DNA from: an uncultured Nitrososphaeraceae archaeon
GTDB lineage: Archaea > Thermoproteota > Nitrososphaeria > Nitrososphaerales > Nitrososphaeraceae
NCBI GenBank assembly: GCA_963765895.1
Contig: CAVXZB010000019.1
Span: forward strand, 320,001-384,000
Length of the DNA: 64,000 bases
Direction of reading: 5' to 3'
Shown: positions 10,577 to 20,543 of the stretch, one piece after another
How positions within the stretch are numbered: the stretch's first letter is position 1
Layout of the letters: the number at the start of each line of letters is the position of its first letter
Notes under the pieces: model-generated
What the model was told of the DNA's origin: nothing
Databases searched by the model: none
What the model saw: only the letters and a program-made list of their open reading frames with translations
Position numbers and translations under genes: made by a program

Positions 10577-10810
10577 ATGGTGGATTCAGTCCAGATAAAT
10601 AGAAGTTCCAAATATAATACAGTCGAGTCGGTTTATTCAATGATTCAAAAGCATAGCGGACAATTGACCGCGAAATTATTAGAGAAAGAATTTGGAAATA
10701 AATATGTAGTCCATTATGCAATCACACGCTTGACCAAAGAGGGCAAGATTAAAAGAGTCCGTGGATTCGGACCAAATCGAATCGAATTCTTTTATTTGGA
10801 TATTGCGTAA
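10577..10810 (+). CDS. Small winged-helix DNA-binding-like protein
   Basis: 77 aa, VHYAITRLTKEGKIKRV wHTH-like pattern; TTTTAAA box about 25 nt upstream. Confidence 0.55.
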   Translation: MVDSVQINRSSKYNTVESVYSMIQKHSGQLTAKLLEKEFGNKYVVHYAITRLTKEGKIKRVRGFGPNRIEFFYLDIA

Positions 10811-10914
10811 ACTGCTGGCTTGTATTTTTGACACTCAACCTAATGATTTATCAGGAAGATAAATTGTCGGATCTGATACTAAAAAAATGGAGATAGTATT
10901 TAAAAGATAGGTTT

Positions 10915-11097
10915 CTAAAAGATCTCCTCATCCTTTCGTATTCCGCCCAATCCAGTCTTCACCTGGTTGGAACATTCGAGGCAGATGCTTTCTGAGAAGG
11001 GGAAGGTCTTTAAACAGTGTTTGCAAACTGGCCTCTTGCAATTAGGACAGATTAGCGTGTATTTTCTAAGATTACAGATATAGCAAAGGCTCATCAT
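10915..11097 (-). CDS. Cys-rich double zinc-finger small protein
   Basis: CYIC, CPNC, CKHC, CLEC in 60 aa. Confidence 0.7.
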   Translation of the reverse strand: MMSLCYICNLRKYTLICPNCKRPVCKHCLKTFPFSESICLECSNQVKTGLGGIRKDEEIF

Positions 11098-11176
11098 CGG
11101 TAGCTTTATGCAAAAATGACGTAAAAGTTTATCGAATCATATTTTACCAGTCAAAAATAAATCACATTATTTTCTC

Positions 11177-11356
11177 TTATTCTTCAAAGACTCTCAGATC
11201 AAGTTGTTTCTTAATTTTTTTTGTGTACTTGGTTAAATAAGATCTAGCCTCACTCTCCGTATCAAACCGTGCTTCACCCCTAAATGACCCGTTTTCATCG
11301 ATAAATGAAATTGCCGACCATATTCCATTTTTCCCCACCTTCTTTACAACGAACAT
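11177..11356 (-). CDS. 59-aa hypothetical protein (absent from ORF track)
   Basis: Manual translation MFVVKKVGKNGIWSAISFIDENGSFRGEARFDTESEARSYL...FEE*; TTTAAT box upstream. Confidence 0.65.
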   Translation of the reverse strand: MFVVKKVGKNGIWSAISFIDENGSFRGEARFDTESEARSYLTKYTKKIKKQLDLRVFEE

Positions 11357-11514
11357 CTAATTAGGTATTGTAATGATTAAATTAAAAGATACTCCGACTA
11401 GCACAGGGCGAGGCGAAAGCTTGAATTAATTGTCACAGGGGAACGATACAGACGAGCTTAAACCAAATTCCAAGATAGGCAAAACATTGCGAGGTCGGTG
11501 TTAATTATAATGTG

Positions 11515-11904
11515 CTACTCTGTTACCAAATCCTTCAGTTGGGACATCTGAATGGGCTTTATTATGATCTTTATATCCTTGTCCTCGTAATAGTTATCAC
11601 GTTTCATTTCTCGTTTCACTTCATCAAAGGCCGTTAGGATAATGATTTTTGCCCCGGGATCTGAAACAAGGATATCTTTTGCGGCCTGAAGTCCGTTTTT
11701 AGCTCCAGGTAGCTTATAATCCATTATTAAATAATCTGGTCGGTAGGAATTGTAATCAAGGAGAATTTCCTCGGCGGTAGTGGCGGTGGCCATGACTTCG
11801 CATCCAGCCTTCCTGAGGTAATCTTTGTAAAGGATTAACAGGTCCTCTTCATCCTCGACAATCATCACCTTCCTCGAGTTCCGAACATTTTTAAAGGCTC
11901 TCAT
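11515..11904 (-). CDS. Stand-alone response regulator receiver (CheY-like)
   Basis: IVEDE, phospho-acceptor MDYKLP, NGL, ILTA, KP motifs; no output domain. Confidence 0.88.
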   Translation of the reverse strand: MRAFKNVRNSRKVMIVEDEEDLLILYKDYLRKAGCEVMATATTAEEILLDYNSYRPDYLIMDYKLPGAKNGLQAAKDILVSDPGAKIIILTAFDEVKREMKRDNYYEDKDIKIIIKPIQMSQLKDLVTE

Positions 11905-11943
11905 ATTATAACTGGCCGTAATTTAACCAGGATGCTGCGATGC

Positions 11944-13224
11944 TTAAGCATTCTTGGCCCTGAATCTGAGTATCGCACCTATCTTGCCCAAACTCGCTAT
12001 TTGCATTCCCTCCTCAGATTTACCTGATATGACCTCAATCCTACTTCCAGTCATAGTGGTTAATTCCTCTAGATAGTCAACTATGTCTTGCTCGCTAGTT
12101 TCATAATCCAATCCTTGGCATGAGGGACATGCAGTTGAAATTAGTTCCTGCTTCTCTGCAAATACTTTACTTTTATCTATGAATTTTTCGCTAATATATC
12201 CACATTTTTTACATCTAGATGTTATTCTGACGGTGGAGACATCATCGGTAACAATAACCAAGTCTACGGCACCACTTTGCAATGCCTTTATAATATCCGT
12301 GAGACCGTATATTCCTAGTCCACTTTCTGAATGGACCTCACTCATAAATCTCTTTACTAGTTTCTTTTCTTCCATGAGCCTATATTCAGACATGATTCCT
12401 TGATCATTTATTTTGTCGACGATCTCTCTCACACCCTCCTCGCCAGAATACGAAGTATCTAAAGTTGAAACAACGCTATTTTGTAGTCTGTAATCCAAAT
12501 ACTCTTCTCTCAAAAAAGTCTCCTTTGTGGGGCCTGGTCCTCCGATAATGATCCCCTTTACCTTATATTGTTCTACAAAGATAGTTTGTGCCCGGTGTGC
12601 AACACGATGGTAATACTCGTTAAGTTCATTGTCTCTCAGCCGTTCAAATCTTCTGGCGGATTGTCCCCCCTGTCTATGCTTACCAGCCACTCCTGAAGTG
12701 AGCTCATCAATAGTTTCCCATCGATCACCGGTTAGCACACCCAGTCCTGCTTCCTGAGTATCCAAAGCTAATATAGCAATAACTCGATCATCTTTTAGCA
12801 TGTCTTTTATATGTTCGATCCAAAAATGATCATCACATCGATACAGCTGGATCTGTACCGGCTTAGGGGGGATAACAGGAAAGATTTCAATTTTTTCGGT
12901 ACCTAAACCTTTGCCAGTGGAAAGTGCACCGCAAAATATAACAAGGCCATTCTCTGGCGTAGTCTTGTATAGTTTTAAGTACTCAATCGTTCTGCTAAGT
13001 GCATCCTGAACATGCGTTCTTGTGAGGTCAGATTTAATATTGGATGCAGTTCCAGCCTCATCTCGAAGTTGGGAAATTACATCAAAGATAGGGCGTCGCG
13101 GAGGAATATAGACTGTGACAAGCTCAGTGCCATGACCGCTAATCTTCGATAGCTCGTTCAACATTTTTTTTAGCTTGTACCTCTTTACAGAGTCCCACTT
13201 CGTCTGTGTAGCCTCCTTACTCAT
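11944..13224 (-). CDS. prf1: Peptide chain release factor aRF1
   Basis: ASNIKS, YRCD, GGQSARRF; CxxC/CxxC insertion in domain 3. Confidence 0.96.
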   Translation of the reverse strand: MSKEATQTKWDSVKRYKLKKMLNELSKISGHGTELVTVYIPPRRPIFDVISQLRDEAGTASNIKSDLTRTHVQDALSRTIEYLKLYKTTPENGLVIFCGALSTGKGLGTEKIEIFPVIPPKPVQIQLYRCDDHFWIEHIKDMLKDDRVIAILALDTQEAGLGVLTGDRWETIDELTSGVAGKHRQGGQSARRFERLRDNELNEYYHRVAHRAQTIFVEQYKVKGIIIGGPGPTKETFLREEYLDYRLQNSVVSTLDTSYSGEEGVREIVDKINDQGIMSEYRLMEEKKLVKRFMSEVHSESGLGIYGLTDIIKALQSGAVDLVIVTDDVSTVRITSRCKKCGYISEKFIDKSKVFAEKQELISTACPSCQGLDYETSEQDIVDYLEELTTMTGSRIEVISGKSEEGMQIASLGKIGAILRFRAKNA

Positions 13225-13349
13225 AAATTATCTTGACACAAAAATTCTGCACGTAAGCAATATAAGGCTATCAAGCTAAGTTTCTGTAATTTTGTTATTT
13301 GATTTGCCAGGTTTATAAGGTAATACATCTCATAAACGATCATCAGCCG

Positions 13350-13904
13350 ATGCTTCCTAGACTAGAATATATCAAGCAACTTCGTACAAAGCTGGGAATA
13401 ACACAACGGAAGTTGGCGACTCAAGTTGGGATCAGCGCATCGATGATCAATCAGATCGAAACTGGAAGGTGTAAACCTAGTTATGAGACCGCCAAAAAGA
13501 TTTTTGAATTCCTAAACTCCCTGGAGGGAAAATCATCTATGAAAGCGGCGGATATATGTAGCAGGATTTTAGTTTCAGTTCAGAAAATTGAATCTATACA
13601 TGACGCGATTAGTAAGATGAGGAGTCATTCTATAAGTCAGCTCCCAGTCTTTGAAGACGGGGTAGTCGTAGGGATATTAAGTGAAGATAGACTTGCAAAA
13701 ACCATTGCGGAAAGTAATAATAAAAACCTTAGCGATATGTCAATCGCGTCTGTTATGGAACCCCAGCCACCAATAGTTGATGTATCTACGCCAGCTAAAG
13801 CCTTAATTCCTTTGGTTAGATTTTCCAAGTGTGTCTTAGTAAGTGAGACTGGGAACGTAATCGGGGTAATCACCTTAACGGACACGCTAAAAATGGTCGA
13901 GTGA
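13350..13904 (+). CDS. XRE-type HTH plus CBS-pair transcriptional regulator
   Basis: GITQRKLA...INQIETG...PS HTH followed by ISQLPV CBS domains. Confidence 0.87.
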   Translation: MLPRLEYIKQLRTKLGITQRKLATQVGISASMINQIETGRCKPSYETAKKIFEFLNSLEGKSSMKAADICSRILVSVQKIESIHDAISKMRSHSISQLPVFEDGVVVGILSEDRLAKTIAESNNKNLSDMSIASVMEPQPPIVDVSTPAKALIPLVRFSKCVLVSETGNVIGVITLTDTLKMVE

Positions 13905-13905
13905 A

Positions 13906-14056
13906 TTATTCTTTGATGTCCTCTAATCCAATGCAGCAGTCTGCGCACTTGAGGCATTCCGTGCATAAATTCACCGGATAAGCTTGGCTGCAAAATTAGA
14001 CCACATAAGGCGCATTTCTTTTCAGGGACTGCCTCTATTAAGCCGTGATTATCCAT
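13906..14056 (-). CDS. About 49-aa Cys-rich protein split by one extra base
   Basis: MDNHGLIEAVPEKKCALCG... continues in +1 frame as AYPVNLCTECLKCADCCIGLEDIKE*; span 151 nt = 50 codons + 1. Confidence 0.55.
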
Positions 14057-14164
14057 ATGCACCTATTCTGCTTCGACATTATATAATTTATACCGACACA
14101 TCCGTATTTCGATGGACATTCTAAAAGAGTCGAACTAAAGATACTCTACAAAATACAACTTATC

Positions 14165-14563
14165 TTAATGGGCTATGGCTTCACACATTTCTATCAAGAC
14201 ACCGTTCATTGATTTCGGGTGAAAAAATGTGATCTTTCTATCATAGGAACCCTTCCGAACATCACCAAGCATTCTAAGTCCGTTAGAGCATGCTTTTGAA
14301 ATATCCTCTTCTATGTTATCTGCAGTGATGGCAATATGATGAAGCCCTTCTCCATTCTGATTAAGGAATTTATTTATAGGACTATCTTCGGCAGTAGGCT
14401 CCATCAATTCAATTTTGGTATCTTCCAAATTCAAGATAGCAACCTTTACCTTTTCATTTACAACATTTTCGATGTGTACCTTGTTTACTCTAATCAATTT
14501 TTCGTAGTTCTTCAACGCCTGATCTACATTGTTTACTGCTATTGCAACATGATCAATTCTCAT
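14165..14563 (-). CDS. mce: Methylmalonyl-CoA epimerase
   Basis: IDHVAIAV, IELMEP, GEGLHHIA, FFHPKS...GVLIE; clustered with mutase. Confidence 0.92.
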   Translation of the reverse strand: MRIDHVAIAVNNVDQALKNYEKLIRVNKVHIENVVNEKVKVAILNLEDTKIELMEPTAEDSPINKFLNQNGEGLHHIAITADNIEEDISKACSNGLRMLGDVRKGSYDRKITFFHPKSMNGVLIEMCEAIAH

Positions 14564-14695
14564 AATGCAATACAAGAATTGTGCTCCTTATTATTAAGCT
14601 ACCATAAGCAAGATAGTTGGCCTCAGATCTTTGATGGGAGCCTGCTCATTTACCAGTGAAGAGTATATAAGCCTCCTATATTGAACGTAAGTTGA

Positions 14696-14794
14696 ATGAA
14701 CCGATCAGATCGAAGAACTCATGCTTACAGCTCTAAACGCTATGGTAGCAAGAAATTTGCCAAGGCAGATAGACGGAGTCGAAATAAGATATAG
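14696..14794 (+). CDS. Putative 32-aa very basic peptide
   Basis: MNRSDRRTHAYSSKRYGSKKFAKADRRSRNKI*; TATATAAG at 14664-14671, about 25 nt before ATG. Confidence 0.45.
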   Translation: MNRSDRRTHAYSSKRYGSKKFAKADRRSRNKI

Positions 14795-14909
14795 CTAACT
14801 TCGGTCTTTTCAGAATTTAGTTTCTTTAATCATCTTTACCTTAATCCGTGCAAAAGTATGTGTGGGGTGTAATTATCAACCAACTTAATCGAAGGGACAT
14901 TCGAAATAT

Positions 14910-16493
14910 CTAGAAGGATATTCGTGGCTGATAAGTACCAAACACTTGCTTGAACGAATTGTTGATTTCTCCTAAAGTTATGTGACTTTTAATGGCGTTT
15001 ACGATATGTGGCATCAGATTGTCCTGTCCCTCAGCAACTACTATAAGCTTATTCAAGACTGCATCGACTTTCGATCTATCTCGAGTGTTCTTGAAGTCCT
15101 TTAGTCTCTTCACTTGGCGGTCTTCAATTGCTGGATCCACGACGTTCAATTTTGGTTCAGCATTGGAAGAGTCTTGGAATTTATTCACACCTACAATTAC
15201 ACGTTCATGTCGGTCGATTTCTTCCTTGAGAAGATACGCGTTAGTTCGAATTTCATCTTGAAAGAACCCCTTCTCTACAGCAGCTAATGCTCCTCCCATC
15301 CTTTCAATTCTTTTCAAATAATGCTCTACTCTATCCTCGATCTCAACAGTTAGATTTTCCACATAGTACGAGCCTCCTATAGGATCCACAGTTTTGGTAA
15401 CTCCTGTTTCGGATGCTATTATCTGCTGTGTCCTAAGAGCTATCTTAACTGCCTCTTCAGTGGGGAGAGCCAGAGCTTCATCTTTAGAATTTGTATGAAG
15501 AGACTGGCAGCCTCCTAGAACTGCGGCCAGTGCTTGAGTAGTAACTCTAATTATGTTATTGTCCACCTGCTGAGCAGTTAGAGACTCTCCACTAGTTTGG
15601 ACGTGAAACCTAAGATGGAGAGATTTCTCGTCCTCGGCATGGAATCGCTCTTTCATTATTCTGGAATATATTCGTCTAGCAGCTCTGAATTTAGCAATTT
15701 CTTCGAAAAATTCCATAGTACAACAGAAAAAAAATGAGAGCCTTGGGGCAAACTGATCAACTCTTAGTCCTCTCTCAATACAAGTATCGATATATTCGAT
15801 GGCATTTGCAAATGTAAATGCTAATTCCTGTACTGCATTCGCACCGGCTTCCCTCATGTGATACCCGGATATACTAATTGGATACCAAAGCGGCACGTGT
15901 TGAGAGCAATATTGTATCATATCTCCTATCAATCTAATCGACGGCTTGGGCGGATAGATATACGTGTTTCTAGCTATGTATTCTTTGAGGATATCATTTT
16001 GAGTTGTTCCTCTTAATTGATTAGGGGAAATGCCTTGAGATTCTCCAACCACCAAATACAAAGAGAGGAGAGTAGAGGCGGTAGAGTTTATTGTCATTGA
16101 AGTGCTTACCCTATCAAGAGGTATGGAGTTAAAGCAGGTCATCATGTCGTCGATGGAGCTAATGGCCACTCCAGTTCGACCAACCTCACCTTCAGCAGCA
16201 GAATCATCAGAATCACGGCCAGTCTGTGTTGGGAGATCAAATGCCAAAGACAGACCTGTTTGGCCGTGATCCAACAAAAATCTAAATCTTTCATTTGTCT
16301 CCTCTGCACTGCCGAACCCGCTGTACTGACGCATCGTCCAGAGTCTTTCTCTATACATCTTTGGGTAAATGCCTCTAGAGAAATACAAAGTACCAGCCTC
16401 TTTATCATTGATTTTGTCTGCAGGAATATCTTCTTTTTTATATACCCCCTTAACAGGTATTCCCGAATCCGTCTTGACAGTCTTCGTGCTCAT
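14910..16493 (-). CDS. Methylmalonyl-CoA mutase, substrate-binding (large) subunit
   Basis: WTMRQYSGF, GLSLAFDLPT, QNDILKEY, ISISGYH, SLHTN. Confidence 0.95.
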   Translation of the reverse strand: MSTKTVKTDSGIPVKGVYKKEDIPADKINDKEAGTLYFSRGIYPKMYRERLWTMRQYSGFGSAEETNERFRFLLDHGQTGLSLAFDLPTQTGRDSDDSAAEGEVGRTGVAISSIDDMMTCFNSIPLDRVSTSMTINSTASTLLSLYLVVGESQGISPNQLRGTTQNDILKEYIARNTYIYPPKPSIRLIGDMIQYCSQHVPLWYPISISGYHMREAGANAVQELAFTFANAIEYIDTCIERGLRVDQFAPRLSFFFCCTMEFFEEIAKFRAARRIYSRIMKERFHAEDEKSLHLRFHVQTSGESLTAQQVDNNIIRVTTQALAAVLGGCQSLHTNSKDEALALPTEEAVKIALRTQQIIASETGVTKTVDPIGGSYYVENLTVEIEDRVEHYLKRIERMGGALAAVEKGFFQDEIRTNAYLLKEEIDRHERVIVGVNKFQDSSNAEPKLNVVDPAIEDRQVKRLKDFKNTRDRSKVDAVLNKLIVVAEGQDNLMPHIVNAIKSHITLGEINNSFKQVFGTYQPRISF

Positions 16494-17429
16494 CTAACTT
16501 CTCAGGACCTCCGTGAGGCTATCCGCCAATAACTCGGCGGCGTGATACGGATCGATCCTTTTGTTAACAAGTTCGTCAACTAAGTGATTGTACATATCAT
16601 TCTTGTCCATTAACATCGTATAAAATTTTTGAGTGAGTTTATCAACAACCATATCCTTGAGTTCAGACTCCAGCATTACCTTTTCTTTTACTTTGTAATT
16701 AATATTTTTTGAGCTTAAGATGTTTGTTATTGTAAGGGCAAGCTCTTTGATCCCTTCTCCCGATCTGACTGACGTCTTAACAATCGTGGGCTTCCTGCCA
16801 GTGTCACCAACTAATTCCAGAATTGAGTTGAATAGGGTCGTAGAGCCTTCTAAATCAGATTTGTTAATTACGTACAAGTCTCCGATTTCGTTAAGCCCAG
16901 CTTTAATTGCTTGAATCTTGTCGCCTGTTTGTGGACTGAGAACCACCACTGTTAAATTGACGACTTTTGCTATATCAACTTCTACCTGCCCTGCACCTAC
17001 GCTTTCTACCAACACTAGTCCAAAGCCAGCCGCATCCAAGACTCTAATGACGTTTCTAAGTGACTTTGAGATTCCTCCTGAAGCCCCTCGAGAAGCCAAG
17101 CTTCTCATAAAAACATTCTCGTCGTCAGAGATACCCTGCATCCTAACTCTATCTCCCAAAATGGCTCCTCCAGTCACAGGACTAGTAGGATCAACTGCAA
17201 GCACCGCCGTTTTATAACCTAGTTGCTGAAAATGAGATATTAATTTTCCTATCAGAGAGCTCTTTCCAGCCCCTGCAGCACCAGTAAATCCGATCGTCCT
17301 TGCACCCCTTGTCATATTGAAAATTGCTTTGATCAAATCATGTGCTTCCGGTTCATCATTGTCTATTATCGAGATTGCCTTAGCCAATGATCGTGGATCG
17401 GATTTGACAATTCCTTCTGCTAAATACAA
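16494..17429 (-). CDS. meaB: MeaB/ArgK methylmalonyl-CoA mutase-associated GTPase
   Basis: GAAGAGKSS, AVDPTSP, ILGDRVRM, ESVGAGQ, NKSD; TTG start estimated. Confidence 0.92.
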   Translation of the reverse strand: MYLAEGIVKSDPRSLAKAISIIDNDEPEAHDLIKAIFNMTRGARTIGFTGAAGAGKSSLIGKLISHFQQLGYKTAVLAVDPTSPVTGGAILGDRVRMQGISDDENVFMRSLASRGASGGISKSLRNVIRVLDAAGFGLVLVESVGAGQVEVDIAKVVNLTVVVLSPQTGDKIQAIKAGLNEIGDLYVINKSDLEGSTTLFNSILELVGDTGRKPTIVKTSVRSGEGIKELALTITNILSSKNINYKVKEKVMLESELKDMVVDKLTQKFYTMLMDKNDMYNHLVDELVNKRIDPYHAAELLADSLTEVLRS

Positions 17430-17557
17430 TACAGCATATGCATAAATGAAGATTCTAAATACCTTCTGCTGTATGTACGCATGCAACTATCTAAGGATTC
17501 GATGTCTGAATCCCATCATGTTTAAATCTAATATACGTAATATCACTAATTCATACG

Positions 17558-17983
17558 ATGTTATCAGGACAGCAGAGCCAAAAACCCATTAGAGTTCTTG
17601 TGTCCAAGCTTGGACTTGACGGGCATGACAGGGGAGCACTTGTTATTTGTAGAGCGCTCAGGGATGCTGGCATGGAAGTCATTTATTCTGGCTTATTTTG
17701 TACTCCTAACCAAGTGGCAAAAATAGCAGTCGAAGAGGACGTTGATGCAGTAGCAATGAGTTTGCTAAACGGCGCCCATTTGGTACTTTTCTCAAGGGTA
17801 GCTCGTCTTCTTAGGGAAAAAGGCGCCGATGATATACTGCTTGTGGGCGGAGGTATAATTCCAGAAAAAGATAGAAAACTGCTGGAGAAGGAGGGAGTAA
17901 TGGGAAACTTTGGTCCTGGTACTCCGCTGGCGGACATTATAAACTATATATCCGAAAATGTCGTAAGACGCAGGATCAGATAA
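17558..17983 (+). CDS. Methylmalonyl-CoA mutase cobalamin-binding (small) subunit
   Basis: KLGLDGHDRG B12-binding motif, GGIIP, FGPGT. Confidence 0.95.
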   Translation: MLSGQQSQKPIRVLVSKLGLDGHDRGALVICRALRDAGMEVIYSGLFCTPNQVAKIAVEEDVDAVAMSLLNGAHLVLFSRVARLLREKGADDILLVGGGIIPEKDRKLLEKEGVMGNFGPGTPLADIINYISENVVRRRIR

Positions 17984-18185
17984 AGTTTGACCTGTTTGTG
18001 GACCCCTTGCATTCTAAAGATCGAATTATTGGGTCTGCACGGATTGGGGCTTAACGTACAAATAAGTTTTTTAGAATCATAATATATGTGCGATGATATG
18101 GAATTCTTAGATCTGTGAAGTCTCTATTTTTATTAACGAAAGGCTGCAAAATTCTCGGTTGATAATTTGACTAAGTGTACATCGA

Positions 18186-18734
18186 TCACCTTACATTTGG
18201 ATACCTCTTTGGTCTCACTGGATTTTCTACTTTACTAAGAGTCTGGATTCGTCTTATGCCATCAACGTTTTCCATAAGTAGCGCAACACTGGAAGGAACC
18301 AAATGATTCCATGGCTTCTCGCGAGCAATTAGGTTTCTAATATTAGTACCATTATAGGTTCGTTTTTTCGTAAAGTTTGGTGTCTGAACAGGGACACGAG
18401 TTCCAACTAAACACTTCACGAACTCGTTCCCAGAATACAAAACATGAAATTCGGGAATGAGAGTGGTGAGACGGGTATACCACATTGCATTATTTTCGTC
18501 GTTAATGACAGGAATGATGTAGACTCGTTCAGCTGAAATTTTTGACTCCAAAAGAGCACTATGAATCATTAATATCCTCTCGCTGGCGGTGAACGGATCG
18601 GTATACAGGTAGTTGAATTGAGCGCTTCCCACCACTATTATCAGTTCTTGACATTCTTTCATGATTGAGTCTACGAGGCTAAGATGGCCTTTGTGAAAAG
18701 GCTGAAATCTCCCAACAACTAATCCTCGTCTCAA
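18186..18734 (-). CDS. nadM: Nicotinamide-nucleotide adenylyltransferase
   Basis: GRFQPFHKGH, GSAQ, PFTASER. Confidence 0.92.
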   Translation of the reverse strand: MRRGLVVGRFQPFHKGHLSLVDSIMKECQELIIVVGSAQFNYLYTDPFTASERILMIHSALLESKISAERVYIIPVINDENNAMWYTRLTTLIPEFHVLYSGNEFVKCLVGTRVPVQTPNFTKKRTYNGTNIRNLIAREKPWNHLVPSSVALLMENVDGIRRIQTLSKVENPVRPKRYPNVR

Positions 18735-18740
18735 TGGTTC

Positions 18741-20432
18741 CTACTCACCCATTGTTTCTACCTTTATTCTATCGATTTTTTCTTTTTCAATTTTTTTGAA
18801 CAGTGGCACAACGTTTCCGATGTTATGGCCTGGTGCCAATTGCATTTCTCCGCATGAAGACCATACTTGTCGGTGGACACTATCTCCAATATTTAATTGT
18901 CCCCAGATCTTCTCTGATGAGGCTGGGATGAAGGGGGCCAAAATGACTGCAAGTGTCCTAACGGCATTTCCAGAGACATACAACGTTGTGCCCGCTAAGC
19001 TATTACTCCAAGGTCGTTTTATCTGAAAATATTGGTTTAAATATGTACTAAACGATAGGATATCCCTAAGCGCTCTATTTAGTTGATTCGAGCCTATCTT
19101 ATTACCAACCTCAGTACCAATATTGTTGATTCTCTTGATAACATCTAGATCGTAGGTTTCTAAGTTCGAAAATGGGGGAATTGATCTGTCAAATCTGGTC
19201 TGAATAAATGAGAGAGTTCGGTTTATGAAATTTCCCACATTTGCGATAAGTTCGTTGTTAATCTTTTCACGAAATGCATCCCAATCAAAATTGACATCAT
19301 CTTGCGAGTACGGGGTTATGGATGCTAAATAGAATCGAAGATAGTCAGGGTCGAAATTTCGAGTGAAATCCTCAATACTGATGTACCAGTTCCTACTCTT
19401 AGAGATCTTCTTATTCTTTAGCATCAAATGCCCCCTAGTCGGTAGATAATTAGGCAGCTTATATTCCTCATTTATCCCTAGTCGGATAGCGGGCAGAAAA
19501 AGATAGTGATGGTAGACTATGTCCTTTCCTATGAAATGGTATATGGTTGATTCGTTCCAAACTTTCTTCCCATCTTTATTTCGTTCCTTAGCCAGAGCCA
19601 AAAGTGTAGAAATATAGCAGATATGATTATCAAACCATCCATAAAATACCTTTCCATTAGCATCACTAGTTGGTATTGGGATTCCCCACTCTATGTCTCG
19701 AGTAATATCCCAATCTACCAACCCATGATCTATCCAATTAAGAACATACCTCTTTACGTCATCTTGCAAGTTGACGTTTTGACTTAACCATAATCTCAAC
19801 CTATTCGAGAATTCTGATAATCGAAAAAAATAGTGATTGCTAATTTTCTCTATTGGTGAAGCACCACAAATTCCACATTTGGGATCAAGAATTTTTTCCG
19901 GGACTTTACCACAGTTTTCACAGAGATCTGAATATTGACCCTCCGCACCACAATTCGGACACTTGCCTACAACAAATCTGTCAGGCAAGAATTTATTGTC
20001 GACTGGACAAAATGGCTGGATGACCTCCTTTTCGTAAATATGTCCGTTTTCTTGAAGCTTATTAAAAATACTCTGTACTAATGTTTTGTTCTCTGGCGAA
20101 CTTGTCCTTGAAAAGAGATCAAATGTAATACCCAGGGTATGAAAATCACTAACATCACGCCTATTCCAATAAGAAACATACTCGCTAGGCGATTTTCTTT
20201 CCTGTTCAGATCTTATAAGTATTGGAGTGCCAAAGTCGTCGGAGGCGCAGATGTGATATGCAGTCAAACCTGCAAGACGACTGTACCTAGTATAGATGTC
20301 TGCCGGAAGATAGGTAGAGGCAATATGACCCAAGTGAATCTGTCCGTTTGCATATGGAAGAGCGCTTGTAACAACAATAGTCTTTGTGGAGTGATGATCT
20401 AGCATTACTTGAGCATGTATATCGAACGTCAT
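18741..20432 (-). CDS. metG: Methionine--tRNA ligase
   Basis: ALPYANGQIHLGH, Zn knuckles, IGKDIVYHH, KISKS. Confidence 0.96.
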   Translation of the reverse strand: MTFDIHAQVMLDHHSTKTIVVTSALPYANGQIHLGHIASTYLPADIYTRYSRLAGLTAYHICASDDFGTPILIRSEQERKSPSEYVSYWNRRDVSDFHTLGITFDLFSRTSSPENKTLVQSIFNKLQENGHIYEKEVIQPFCPVDNKFLPDRFVVGKCPNCGAEGQYSDLCENCGKVPEKILDPKCGICGASPIEKISNHYFFRLSEFSNRLRLWLSQNVNLQDDVKRYVLNWIDHGLVDWDITRDIEWGIPIPTSDANGKVFYGWFDNHICYISTLLALAKERNKDGKKVWNESTIYHFIGKDIVYHHYLFLPAIRLGINEEYKLPNYLPTRGHLMLKNKKISKSRNWYISIEDFTRNFDPDYLRFYLASITPYSQDDVNFDWDAFREKINNELIANVGNFINRTLSFIQTRFDRSIPPFSNLETYDLDVIKRINNIGTEVGNKIGSNQLNRALRDILSFSTYLNQYFQIKRPWSNSLAGTTLYVSGNAVRTLAVILAPFIPASSEKIWGQLNIGDSVHRQVWSSCGEMQLAPGHNIGNVVPLFKKIEKEKIDRIKVETMGE

Positions 20433-20543
20433 AATTTATCTTTATTATTGTTCAGGATTTCCACGTGCTATCCATAAGAGTCGACTTAATACGAGATTTT
20501 TTATGATGCTCTTTCAATTCACTATGTTAGTCAATTTAGATGA

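Noticed and set aside
11400-11490. FMN riboswitch
   Set aside because: Only two short motifs match; ACCGGCGG and AGUCUGGAUG blocks are absent and no riboflavin gene is downstream.
13637-14062. 141-aa ORF overlapping the HTH-CBS gene
   Set aside because: Read-through caused by the extra base in the Cys-rich micro-gene; the rest is antisense shadow.
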